From Lingula anatina (Eukaryota; Animalia; Brachiopoda): a stretch of DNA of 64,000 bases. The stretch covers positions 2,790,001-2,854,000 of the forward strand of contig CM120645.1 of the NCBI GenBank assembly GCA_051362555.1, in the 5' to 3' direction. Of this stretch, positions 37,907 to 51,272 are shown piece by piece (within the stretch, counting starts at the first letter, position 1; each line of letters opens with the position of its first letter). The notes beneath the pieces were generated by a model. That model ran no database searches. It was not told where the DNA came from and worked only from the letters and a program-made list of their open reading frames with translations. The translations under genes and the position numbers were made by a program.

Positions 37907-40378
37907 ATGGTTTGGAAAGGCTGGAAACGTAACGTCCACTCGGGCAACACCCTGAGAGCCTCAAACTCTCACTACCAACGCTGCTACGCCGCCGAAGCAT
38001 CCCTGTTAAAACACTCCTCTGCCAAGGGCGTTGGAGATGATATCGAAGATGGGGGTCTTCAGTCAGGTGGCGTTACCTACTCCCTCAACAAGAAGGGCCG
38101 ATGGAAACTCCCAAAGCTCTTAAAGCAAAGTATACATGAGGGTGAATGGAAAAATGAAGACTGCAAGGTTTCTTTGTTTGAGCACCACAAAATCAAACAA
38201 CACGCTGACTGTATTAGTTATTGCAGCTCGGGAAGAAATGGGAGCTGTATTGAGATCAAACCACAGGGACACGCATACTTCAATGCAGCCAGCGTGCTTG
38301 TTAAGTCTGGTAATGGTAAAAGAAGCCAGAAGAAAAGGGAAAAGCGGCTGGCAAAAATGAGGAAAAAGTATGGAGTAGATTATGACGAAGAGAGTACTGG
38401 AGAGGAAGTTGTGGACACTGTGCAGCATGCTGTCAGCTACGAAATATACTACCCTTGTCCTAAGACCAGCTCAATCACACATAATAAGAAGTATATTAGA
38501 GATCAAGATGTATCCAGTTATGAGGGTAAGGCTTTACGATTCATGGGTATTCTTAATTTTTTATTATTTTGCCCATTTAGTTTTTTTTCAAGTAAGCACA
38601 TTTTGGGTTGAGAAGTTAAAATATGTTTACAAAAATAATGATTTTACTGAAGGCAAGACTTTGTGTTATATTAATTTAAAAAAGCATACAAATACTTTTA
38701 AAAAATAATATTAACAAGTTTGTTCACACTTGCAAAGTTAATTTTAATCATCATTACTTCTTAATATCCTCATTTTAAGTAAGCTGTATTCTGTATTATC
38801 TTCAGATGCAGAACACAACAACAATGGCAGTTCAAAAATCTCAAAGAAAGGAGCAACAAAGCAAAGAGGGAAGCTGAGATGGAGCAGTCAGGTTACTGAA
38901 TATGAGGAGCAGTTTGACAACTTTTACAGCAGTGAAGATGAAGTGGAACTTGAGGACACCACTAGGGAAGATGAGCACCACTTCACTTTGGACTGGGACA
39001 GTGTAGAAAGATCTAACACTGTCCTCAGCGACTTAGTTGACAGAGCTGTGGAGGCGAAAGGGAGCTACAACAGTGGATTGTTTCAAGGAGAGGCTCAAGA
39101 AATATCTACACCCTCTCTTCCTGTCTCTCAAGACACCTCCAAAGACAATAAAGTGTTCTTCCCAGCTGATGAATACTATGAATTTAGACCAAAGGAGGAA
39201 ATTATCGAAAAAGATATAAATAAGGAGAAAAAGGGGGAAAAGCCATCAGCCAAATTGACAAAGCAGTCATCTAAACGTCATCCCTGTGTCTCCATCCCCG
39301 TCATAATTGACACGACCAACGACGCCATTGCTCCTGAAGTTCTACAATCCACATACGGCGACTACTATAAAGAAGGCAATTGTATTCCAAGGACATTCAC
39401 CATTGACATTTCCAAGTTTGTGTTGGAACAGGTCAGGAAGGACACCATTTTACGCAGTCAAGTGTCTCGTTTGGACCTCCACAGTTATCTGGTAGTGCAG
39501 GTTTTACCTGAGGGTGGAGCAGGGACACAGGCTACTGTGAAGTAAGTGAACATGTTATGATAAATGAGTATGAAGTTTTTTTTTTTTTTTTACTATTTTC
39601 ATAATGTGAAATAATATGATATGAAGTGTAGGTTTAGGCATTTTGAAATTTGTCAGATTTTTGATTTTTTATAAATGTTAAACCAAATCCAGTTATTTTG
39701 TTCATGTTGCAAGATTTTGTTTTTTTAGGGTAAGTTTGAAAGGCAACTTCAAGATGGAGACGGTGAGGATTGAAACTCTGAATGACATGGGTGTCTATGC
39801 CTCAGTGGATGCCCTGGTGTCAGCAACTGCTGTTTATATCTGCATGCTGCCTTTTGAATGGTAAGGGTGGTACAGATATTTTAAATCAGAAATAGAGTGT
39901 CTATGACTCTTAAATGTCGGTTGTCCTGTTGTAGACTTGTTGGTCAATGAAGCTTGTAAACTTTTAAAATCTCACTCCAAAAGTTATTTTTTCTGCAAAT
40001 TACAAAGTTTTTGATGTATAAAAGTGCTGATGGGTGGTTGTTCTTAAAGGTATCTTTTAATTTATTGAAATGGAACACAAGAACATTGAGAATCTCATAA
40101 TATTGGATACTGTTTAATTTTCAGTTTTTACACAACCTCTGCTCCACCGATGACAGTGAGTAAAGCATCTCTCGTGTTTGACACTCTGAGTTCAGCTTGC
40201 AAATGGGAAACTGCTTCAGGGCTTCCAGCAGAATTATATAGCACTCTGATTGGAGATTCTGAGGCTAACACTGAGGTATGCCTCCGTTTATTTATGGGAT
40301 ATTGGTAGTGGAGTTATGTATAAAATTATATTTGGATAACTTGATATATTATTAAGATGTATCTGGATAATCAGAAGT

Positions 40379-40415
<37 letters not shown>

Positions 40416-43400
40416 TCTGATTGTTTAGAATGCTTCTTTTTCTTTTTAACAATATGTTGATAGAAGAAATTATATGATGATGATATTAATAATTTTTATA
40501 CTGAAACACTATTTTAAAAAAATGAGTAAACATCAAAGGCATGCATATTCATATATTTGCACTGAATTTAATTAAATTTCGATTAAAATTGATATCATTA
40601 ACCACCAAACAGAATGTACAGTATGTTTCTATTCCATAGATGGATGAAACCTGTGAGGAAGACACCTATGTTGTCTACAGGCAAAGTGAAGAGTACTGTA
40701 ATATCTGCTTTGAGTGGACGTCCCAGGGGTATGCCATGGGCGTGGCCATCAGCCCTTGTTATCATTGGTTCTGTCGTAACTGTTGGCAACAGCACATTGA
40801 GAGCAAGGTGCAGCAGGGAGATATGATCCTGTATTGTCCAGTAAGTGGATTTGTGTGTTACCATTTATATGACTTGTGATAATAATGTGTGTATTTATAT
40901 TTATAAAACTATCAAAAATAATGTCAAACTTAAATGTCTTAAAAGTCCCCAAACATGGGTATGTGTTACCCTTTATATCTTCTTTTGTCATCCTTCTTAT
41001 ACCCGTTAGGGTGTCGAGGGGAGAAGGAGTTTGAGTTTTCTATCTCTGGCGCGCTGGAATGTATGTAACTTGTGTTAATAACACATTATGAAAATAACAC
41101 CCAAGTATTTACATTTGAGGGGTTTTATCACTTTAAGGCCTGAATTATATGCACCTTAACTCTCCAGGAATACCAGTGCTCCTCCAGACTTGACACGGCG
41201 ACACTGGTGTCTTTGGTGGATGTCAGGACAGTCAGACGTCACCTGATGCAGAAACACGAGCTGGCTTTGAGCATGGAGGAGAACCTCAAGTGGTGCCCTA
41301 ACCACAAGTGTGGCAGAATGATCATGGCTAAAGGTGACTTAGGCAGCATCCAACATGAAATTTCTGATTTTACAACTGTTGAAGCTTATAGCATGAAGTA
41401 AACCCAGCAATAAAGATTTTATTGTGTTAATAAAGATAATGATAAAGAGTTATTTAGATTAAAATATGAAAAATGAAAACTGCAGCAATCCGAAATACAA
41501 AAATAATTACCACCAGTATAAGAAGAGATAAATCAGCATGTAAAGGTGTGGTAAAATTCAGTTGTTTTCTGTTACCAGGTCACGCAGCCGAGGAATCCGT
41601 GTCTGTGTCCTGTAAGTGTGGCACTGCTGTCTGTTTCAAGTGTTTGAAAGCGTCTCATTGGCCAGCTAGGTGTGACCTAGCAGACGATTACCAACGCAAG
41701 CTGACAGTAAGAAGTAAGTTTGATGAAATAGGTTTTTCATTGTTTCTTATGTACTGATAAAAAAGTCAATTGTACCTTGAAGTTCAAAAACATGTTGTCC
41801 CTTTTGAAACAATTTCTTTTTTATTATTAAGTAATTCCATAAACTAAAAAAATATTTTCTGGCATGTTTTTCAGAACTTTCAGTTCTTTTCATCTTTAAA
41901 TTGTTTTGGATGCTGAAATCAATCAATTTTTGCTCAATGTCATTTAATATCAGCATTTAATATGCATATTTTTTTTCTCTTTAGAGACTAAAGGAATTGA
42001 ATATTTAAAAAAAGCAAATAAAATGTCCTTTTACATTGACTTGATTTTAAGTATCTTTAAATATACAGCATTTTAACTGGATACACATTGTTTTCAGAAG
42101 ATGATTCAGATTCTGGATCTAAAGATGCTGTGGTCTTTGTGAGACGTTGCCCTCACTGTAGACTTCCTATAGAGAAGAACGGAGGATGTCCTCATATGAT
42201 TTGTCGCTGTGGGAAAGACTTCTGCTGGGGATGTCTGGCTAAAACATGCATCTGTAATCAAGGCAATACCGCTGCCACAAATGAAGTAAGTGAAAAAAAG
42301 ATGAAAGTGGTCTTTTTCAGTGTTTGATGCCTTTTTGTGGCAAATGCTTTCATGAAGTACATTTAAAGTGGTCTGGGTAAGAGGGACAAATGTATAAAAT
42401 GGAGAGATAGAGAGAAAGAGATTGGTAAAAATGTACAATAAAAATAAATAAATGAATGAACTGCTGCAACAAGCTCTGAAATGATGTTTATAATTTAATT
42501 TATTTACCCTTTAAAGGAAATAAATTAAAAACTTTAATTGCTTTTTTAGGCAATTATTCTGAGGTACATTGGGTCTCACGTTCAGTTTGTCAACAACCTC
42601 AGTAAGGAAAGTCTGTATAGGTCTTCAGTGGAACACAGGCGAGCAGCCCGGGAATATCATGGATCAGGCATTGATAGGAAAATCAAGACAATGCTGTACA
42701 GAAGAAAGGTAAGCTAGTTTCAATCGAAAACAAAACTGCAACTGTTGAAAGGAAATTTTTAACTCGTCTGCCATATTAAAATGAACATTGAGTTTCTTTA
42801 CTGAAAATCAGATATTACAAACATGAAAGTACCAGTTCTGTTGCTGATTTCATTTATTTATTTAATCATTCATTTTGATTATTTTTTTATTATACTATAT
42901 TATGTATTTTTTTAATTTATTTTTTTGTGTTGCAGCTCCAGAAGCGTGTGAAAAAACTTGAGCAGATGAAGAAATTTTTAGAGTCAGCAGGTGATTTCAA
43001 TGCAGAGGTAAATACATTTCAAAAGAGGACTTTTTACCATGAACCTTAATGAACCTAGATCAAATTTCGCCTAGAACATGACTTAGTAATTAAGCGTTTT
43101 ACCATCATAACATAGGAGGTAGCGAAAAAAATTATCCCTATCGTATTATTTTGGTTGTCAATATAACTGCTGTATTTTATATTGCAGCTTCACCACTTGG
43201 CAGAGCATACCGCCCTCTATCTACAGGATGAACAAGTAGCGACAGCAGTTAAGCCAATCTTTAAGCGCATTGATTTCGTCTCCTGGAGCATAAATGAGGT
43301 AAGTTGTTTTCAATCCTGAAGCCGAGTTCATGACTGAATTAATTCACTTTGGTAAGATAAAGTCCTGATGGCGTCATTAGATAACCACCTTGCTTGACTT

Positions 43401-43884
43401 TTTTCATTGTCTGTTTGCAAAATGGATTTTCTTGGGCAATTGAGAAAAGTTTGTGAATGCGAATATGAATGAGGGCTTGCTGAATTTTATTTTATTTTTT
43501 GTTTGTTTTTTGTTAAGTAAGTGGTATTTTTAAAAGAATCATATTTTGATCATAGTTCCTCTAAAAAATCCAAAAAATAATATAACATACATGTTCTTTT
43601 AATTCACATTCTTAAAAGATAAGTGTTCATTTTCTTCTGAAAGACTGGATAAATAATCTTACTGTAAATTACTTACAGTTGCAAGCAGTTGCTTTCTCTG
43701 AGTGCACTCAAACATTTGTAAATGAAATCAATTTTGGTACAATTTTCTCTTTTAGATTTTCAATGATGAAAGGCTCTCAAACATGGACATCATCATGAAA
43801 AAACTGAGCAAGTTGATGGCCATTGGAAAGACCTATGTACAATCCTTGGCTTCTGTGCTGAGACAAAGTGGGAAACAGGTGTAA
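37907..43884 (+). CDS. RBR (RING1-IBR-RING2), Ariadne-like E3 ubiquitin ligase, copy 1 (~932 aa, 12 coding exons)
   Basis: Exons 37907-38525, 38806-39541, 39729-39860, 40125-40275, 40640-40840, 41168-41333, 41579-41713, 42098-42285, 42550-42708, 42936-43007, 43188-43298 and 43756-43884 sum to 2799 nt in frame. RING1: [20 protein letters not shown]: [28 protein letters not shown]2: [23 protein letters not shown]. Helical C-terminus, 5' non-coding exon ending at 37534, AATAAA at ~44407. Confidence 0.88.
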
Positions 43885-45764
43885 AGTGTTGAAGAGAAAA
43901 CAGTTTTCCTGTGAAGATGGACAACTATTTCACCGTTTTTCATAATGAGTGATGTAGGTTATTGTGTAGCTTTTGACTATCATACAGACAATTCCAGACT
44001 GTATTATTTGGGGACAAAAATCAAGAGATCCCTTGAACCATCAAGTGAAACCTTATCGTTGATATTTGTTTGACCAATTTCAAGTAGATCAATCATGTAA
44101 AGGGAAAATGTTGTATCATGAAAACCAAATGTAATTGCAATATATCACAGATACAAATGCAGCTTTTTGTTTGACAAATGCAAAGGTGGTGAACTAAAAC
44201 TAAAATTCAGGTTTACCTTTTATTGTTACTTGTACAGTATGTATATAATTGATTTTTAAGATCCCTTCTAATATTTTTGTGAATATAGAATTGAAATCAA
44301 TATTTAATTAGATAATTAAAGAATGTGTGAACATGAAAACAAAATAGTTGTTGTAATGTTTACAAAATTACTATCTTTGAATGTACATATTTTACATTTT
44401 TGATGTAATAAATTTATTTACATGTACATCTTGGAATCTGCATTTGCCATTTGCCGCGGAGTCCAAAGATCCCAGGTTTCATTCCAAGCCCGTTCGGGGA
44501 ACCAACAATAAAATTACCTTCTTCAAAAACAAAGAAAATTAATTATTTCATCTATTATGAAAGGATCTTTCAAACATCAAGAACGTAAGATAACTGAGTA
44601 GCTCAGTAGATGAGATTTCTAATGAACGATTGTTGTCGAAATGGCATGAGACAGTTATTCTGGTTATTCAAGAAAATGTGCAGCTGGCATTTAATTTTCT
44701 CAATACCCCTCGAAGAAAATTGATTGTTGGCTCATTCTCCTTCCCTGATAAAGATGGGAAAAAGACCAGATTTTGTGCACAAAGAGATTTTTTGTTTGTT
44801 TATTTGCTAATCGGGGTTTGATAAGTGGTGTTTTTCCATTATGCGAAAGAAAAAAACAGATGACTATATTATCTTGATTAGAGTTGATGGTCATGTTTAT
44901 TCAAGTCTGAGGTGGACCGCTTTTAAATTGGTTCCAAAAGAATTTGATTGCAATCAACCCAATGTGTGCGCAGCTTGCCGCCCAAACAATAAATGTACTG
45001 GGTTCTCTGAAATACATATGCTAAACTCAATTTGTAATAACGGGAATTGATTAGCAATCTCGGTTTTGCTACAGAATTTTCTTGAGTTTTTTTTTTTTCG
45101 ATCGGGTGTTATCCAAATGAACGTTGTGTGACGACACGTAGGCCCATAAAATCGTCTCGTGTCAATAGCTATGAAATTGCACTTCAAGTCTAATAATGAA
45201 AAAGTTTTTTAGATTCAGCCAGATAGCACTCATTGACACGACAGTGTCTATATCGTAGAATGGTATCCCGTTTTTGTATAAAAAGAAAGCTGTCAAACAT
45301 AAGTGCAAAGACTTGACCGATTTGTCAACTCGACGCAGAATCATGAAAACCAAGTTGGGCGTCGCTCTTCTGTTTGGTGAGTGCAGCATCAGCCCCGGCA
45401 GTTGTCTTGGCAAAAGCCACATATCATAAGATTTTTATGTTCTCAAAAAATTTGTAATTTTTTTATACATTAGAAATCTTACATACGTTAAAACAAATTT
45501 ATATCTCTATTGCCGTGTTGTATACATGTGGGTATTGTTCAACCCTGCTCAGTATTTTGCCCAATTATGTAAGTAACCCCTTTATTCTGGGAGATAATAT
45601 GTGCCCCCCCCCCCCCCCCCCCCCTCCATCTCCTCAATGTGAAAATATATACTAGCGAATCCAGACAAAACTAAGTAACGGTTCTAACCGTGGGCCCAAA
45701 TATTTCAGGATAAAATTTTCCTTTTCGGCTGTTTTGTTTTTGCTGAGCAAATCTAAATACTCCA

Positions 45765-45767
<3 letters not shown>

Positions 45768-45808
<41 letters not shown>
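45768..45808. repeat. (TA)n microsatellite
   Basis: Perfect run. Other simple repeats: poly-C ~45604-45624, (AAAG)n ~47913-47944, (TA)n ~51224-51267, (AAT)n ~40381-40414. Confidence 0.9.
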
Positions 45809-45813
<5 letters not shown>

Positions 45814-46520
45814 TTATTTTTCCTACCCAATTCCTTGATAGCACAGAGCGTTCACATAATGACCAACGTGCAGAATAGTATACATACAGCCCTACCGTTA
45901 TACTGATTTCTTTAATTTTTCTCTTTCGTAAATGTAGGTATATCACAATCCGCTAGGGCCGCTACAGTATAACTATCCAGGGGCAGTGAAGTGCAAAACT
46001 GAGACTGACCTGCTAACAGCTCACCTATGACATCCCTTTTTTTTTAAATATCTCTTTTAACTCCATGTAAATAAACTTATACAAGCCATTTACTAGATAA
46101 GCTGTAAAATCAAAGAGTAAATTCCGGTCATGTGATTTTCCAGTGTTGCAGTCTTAGAGAAATTTGATTTGAGGACGTTTTAAAGTTTTGCCTCGACAAA
46201 ATGTTTAAAATTTGGAAGTTTTTGTAATTCATGCCAAGTAAATTTAATATTATTTGCAACATTATGTCAAAAAATCATGAAAATGTAACAATGCGAAGTA
46301 TAGTTTATTTGATGCGCAATATTTATACTACAATATTTATACTGCAGCTACAGCTGAGTGATCACCACCGGTCAGTAGTCACAGGTTTTTAGCTGAAGAG
46401 TGTGGACACTTTTGTTGAATTTTTGCAGTTAAAAAACTTCAATATCTTTGTTGCTTGTAGGAATATTTTAAAAAATTCCAAAAGAATTCATCTGTTTTTT
46501 GTATTGCCTTTCAGAAGATA

Positions 46521-49500
46521 TAGACCCCGACCCCGCATTATGGAACGACCCCGGATTATGGAACAAAACCGGAAGTTTGCCCTTTTTACCCAGCATGCAA
46601 AGCGTAAAAAATCCCCGTTGCCACGAAAGTTTCAAGCGTCTGCTACAATGTATCAAACGCGCTATGCAGACGCATGTTACGACCTGATACAATAGAAGTG
46701 TTAGCGTTTGAAAGTTCGTTGTTCTCAAATTTGATAAAATTAATAATGAACTTACTTTTATTCAAGCAAGTTTTAAAGCCGTTTATCGTCCGCTTTCGTC
46801 TGCACGTGTTACTGTCAGTTTCCGATCTCGATTTCTAACTTTTTCATATAATATAGGTTACGGCCGGGTAGATACATCGATCGCTGTGGACGTAAACACG
46901 GCCGTCTTTTACTGCTATAAGTATTGTAGCCTAACTTGTCTCATCCCTTAGCCTATTGTTTGTATTTCTTGTTCTCGGCTTAATGAAATTATTTCAAAAC
47001 ATCCACTTTCAAGAGGTTGAAGTATTCCAATATAAAAATGGCTTTGATGTTGGGCATAGCTGTGGGTGCTTTCTGCCCACTGTAAGCTGCCGCTAGAGAA
47101 CGCTACGAGCGCTATTAGACTCAAGCGACTTGTGAAATAAATAAATTTGTTCTCACAAAATAACACTTAATGTTGACTTTTGTATGGGCATTATGAGAGA
47201 AAAAATCGTTACTGACCTTTTTCATGCTCGATAAATTTCAGCATGTCAATGAGGAAATTATAGGCCCACTCTTATTTAATATCAGAGGTGGCACGTAGGC
47301 CTATAGGGCCTATTTGAGGTGCCAAAGACGATCATTTTAAATCATATTTCAGGTAGGCCTAGGCCTACACAAATGACACGTGACTGATCTTTGTTGTGAT
47401 GAAAAAAAAAAATATTAGACTTATGAATCATTTAGGACCTACTAGGTTTGCGCCTTTTCTGGGAGTTTTATCTTTAAAAGTTCTTATTTCAACTATCTCT
47501 ATCCAGTATCTTCTTCTTCTATTTTTCTTAAATATACCACAGGTGCTCTCAAGGGAGGTGGTCATTGGAAGTTGGCCCTCAGTCACTCTGATGAGGCAGC
47601 TCTAGTCCACTACTGCCTTATTATGAGTGACTGGGGGTTTCCCCTCACCAAAGACTTGGAGTCTGCAAGTTTGCTCTGGCGGTGGGAAAACAAAGGGATA
47701 TATAGGCCTATGGGCTATCGAACGGCTGGTGGGATCGGTTCATGAATCGACATCCCGAGTTGTCCCTTAGAAAACCGGAGAGGATAAATAGGTGCAATAT
47801 AGTGAAATAAAAAACATGCTAAATAAATGAAAAATAATGAGAAAATGAATTTTGTCTTCAAATAAAGATTTGTTCGGATATCGGATAATAAGAAAGCATT
47901 ATTTAAAGACTTGAAAGAAAGAAAGAAAGAAAGAAAGAAAGAAAAGAAGAGCTGTAGAAAAAAATGAGAAAAGCCGAAGATGGCGCTGAGCGAAGAATGG
48001 AGAAAGAGGAGAAGAGCAGAGCGGGCGTGGAGAGGGAGAGGAAGAAGGCTGAGGTACGAGAGCGAAAGGCACAGAGGGCATTGGAGGTGAAACGTATGTA
48101 GAAAAGAGAAGAAGAGAGAAAAAATAATTTTTACGTTGCGTTGTTTGTAAAGCCTAGGTCCCAACCGAACGTACGGGCTGCTACGTGTGGTCTACGGCCA
48201 AAAAAATGGGACAAAACTTGGGAGTTCGTGCGTGAGGAGCACATCCATCGTGCGACTTTTGGAAGACGCAAACAGCACGTAGTAACTTTTCGACATGATC
48301 AACAGCCGCCACGTGCGATTTAGCTACGTCCTAGTCGGACGCAAGGAACTTGATAACCGTGCGTCCAAAACGACCTAGGCTTAATGCGCAAGAACATTTC
48401 ACTTGCGCTTAAACCACTACATTTTTGGACGTTTTCCTGTGTTATATCTGCTGGAATTTATCTCAGTAAAGGAGAAACATTGGTTGAGTTCTTTTGTTTT
48501 ATATATTTTTTAAAGATTTATATTGTTTTTTTTTTATTATTTATACCGCAAAAGTAGGCCTACATATGCATGGGCCTACAAGTGATATGTTCTTGTGCGT
48601 TACAAACAACGCAACGTAAAATAAACATACATGTGTACATACGTACATAACACAAACGCACATTATTATTCCATATGGTGAACAGAGTTGCGAGACAGTA
48701 TAATAATAGAAAAAAATTGCAGTGATTTCGTTTTATGGAGTTAAATGTTTAATGCATTTTATTAAGGTCAGCGATGTTAAAAAACTGAATACATTCATCT
48801 CTTTGTTAGGTCACAGCACTAGTCTGTTACATGAGTTCTCCGTCTTTTTTATTCATTTATTTTTATTGTATTTGTCACACTTTCGATAAATTCTTTGTTG
48901 GTGGTGTGTGAGCTGTTAATGGTAATTGCTAGTTTTGTTATCATGAATTAAAGATTTTATTTTGAATCATTACTGGTGTTGTTACCTGAAGGCTGGCCAA
49001 ATAAATGATCGATTAGTTTTAAAATGAGAAATATCAATATTATTCTTTCATAATAATGAATACAGTATTTTCAATTTGGCGTAGACTACTAAATATCGCT
49101 TCGATACTCCGACGTAGCGGCAACTTCTCGTTTAGCTCCATAATCCGATCAAGGCAGTGGTAAATGAGTGGACTATTCCATTTTTAGCAATATTTGTGTT
49201 TAAAAGTAAAAGACCAACTAAATATGAATAACAACTGCTGTTATGTTCATTGATATTCGCAATATAATGCGCATTTGCCGTTTTATTGTCTTTTATAGAC
49301 CCCCTGCGCTACATATTGCCTTGCATCTTATCTAACAAACTCTGACGCAACGTTATCTGCGCACTTCCGGTTTTGTTCCATAATCCGGGGTTTGAGAACA
49401 ACACGAAGTTAACCACTATTTTAGCGTTTTTCTCCAATAGTAACCCCAATCATATGGATTAAGCTTTACAAGATAGTAAATAAAGCTCTATCGTAGCTAC

Positions 49501-49600
49501 ATGCAAAGTATTAGAGGTTAGTTTACGTTCATTTTTATACACAGACTGTGCAAAGCCGAAAAACGTCAAATATCGTTCCATAATCCGGGGTCGAGGTCTA
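46521..49600. mobile_element. Unclassified non-autonomous TIR DNA transposon (~3.1 kb)
   Basis: 28-bp TIR tagaccccgaccccgcattatggaacga / tcgttccataatccggggtcgaggtcta (2 mismatches). A subterminal repeat ccccggattatggaacaaaaccggaagt (46549) is mirrored at ~49364-49391. No clear TSD or transposase. Confidence 0.7.
48149..48384. mobile_element. Nested MITE
   Basis: aagcctaggtc ... gacctaggctt inverted termini with TAA-like flanks and a CpG-rich interior. Confidence 0.5.
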
Positions 49601-49819
49601 AGTATAATAATTTTCTGATCAGTTTGAAAAATTTTCTGATATACCTACGTAATTACTTAAATGCTATAAACCAGATACAATGTGATTCAATGTGATCAAA
49701 CTGTCAAAATAAAACTCAACTTTGGTCTTAAAGTCTAGCCTTATTATCAGGCCTAAGTTCACAGTGTCAGTGGCAGTAGTGGTCAGTGTGCACAACGTAA
49801 ACAGCTTGACCTCACCGTT

Positions 49820-51218
49820 CAGTCTGTCCGCAGATCTTGCATATCAATGCGTAAGCGGTGATCATTACAAAAACACCTACGCGCTTGCACAAAATAGTCC
49901 GCGACTTGTGTTTCGCGCCATGTTTTCAAAAACCCGTAGTTGTAATATAAATCCATGAAGCTCTGTGACTAACTCATTATTCCGCTTGAAACTTTCAAAA
50001 AATAAAATTTAGAACTTGATGTAAACGCACAATGTAAAATGAACATTTCAATTTCGACGAAAGCCTTGTATCAGTTGTCTAAAAATAGCACTCGCATTTT
50101 TCTCAAGCAGATCGTGTAATTTTGTACCCTAAAATGAAATGACTGTAGAAAAAATGGACAAACTTACTTTATCGATATTATAACGATTTATGCAACTATA
50201 TATAATGGAATTGAGCCAAAAAGAATAAAAAATTTGTACAACCGTCCTTTTTTTGTGAAATCCCTAATTTAGTGCGAACTATGTAGGTCAGTCGAAACTG
50301 GGACTGTCACGTTGCACTGAGCAAGTGACTGGAGAGCGTTTCTCCCGGTAAATCTTGCATTTCGGTTGAAAAAAAATTGAATGTTCAGCTTTTCAAGTGT
50401 ATATTTATAGTATACAATGTGTCACTGTCATAGTGAGAGTTGTTATGAAAAATAATACGTAAAAAAACGACATCGGTGCTGGAGATCAACCATGCTGCCA
50501 TAACATACAGTGTATATGATTAATTTACTATATGTTTTTAGAATGGAAAAACCTGCCTTTCAAGTTACATAGCTTTGGGTTTGCCGACTAAAAGGTGAGT
50601 CTTTTTTTTTTTAATTCACTATGTTTCATATAAGCGCCGAAATGTATAGAAATGATTTTGGAGAGCTCCCTTCGCATAGTTCAGATGCACTTGTTGACGT
50701 TCAGTACTAGTGAATGTTACATTTTGTTGCAAAGTTACAGCTGTACTTTGTTTACATAAAATGTGTACTTGCGTACCTTTATCCGTTGTATTTCCTTATG
50801 GAGTTGGTTTCTAGATCTTTTCCAAAATAGGGTGTGTGTGTCTATACACACCTGTTAACTAGCACATTGCGCAATCAGCATTACAGGTGTACTAAAGGTC
50901 TTTCTTGGGCAGGTTCCAAAGTTGTTTTACATTATAAGTTTAAAATTAAATATTGTGATTTTTTAACATTTGTTTTCAATTTATCTGAAATTGTTGGTAT
51001 TAAAATAAAAGTCTTCAAATTAAACAAGTTTTTAAAAAATAGTCTGTCAAGACACAGCCACACTTTATGACCTACTGTATGCATTGTGCTTTTTCAGTTT
51101 TAGTGAAATGTTGACAGCATACCTATCCCTGCCTAAGCTATAGCATGAGAATGCATGGAATAGATGGCATGAAATGATAAAAAGATACCAATAAGACAAA
51201 GCAGAAGGTAATTAAGTG

Positions 51219-51272
<54 letters not shown>

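Noticed and set aside
38120-38428. Antisense ORF, also seen at 63108-63563
   Set aside because: Shadow of the RBR coding exon; its recurrence is explained by the duplication.
47715-48164. 149-aa hydrophobic ORF
   Set aside because: Derived from (AAAG)n and purine-rich low-complexity sequence inside a TIR element.
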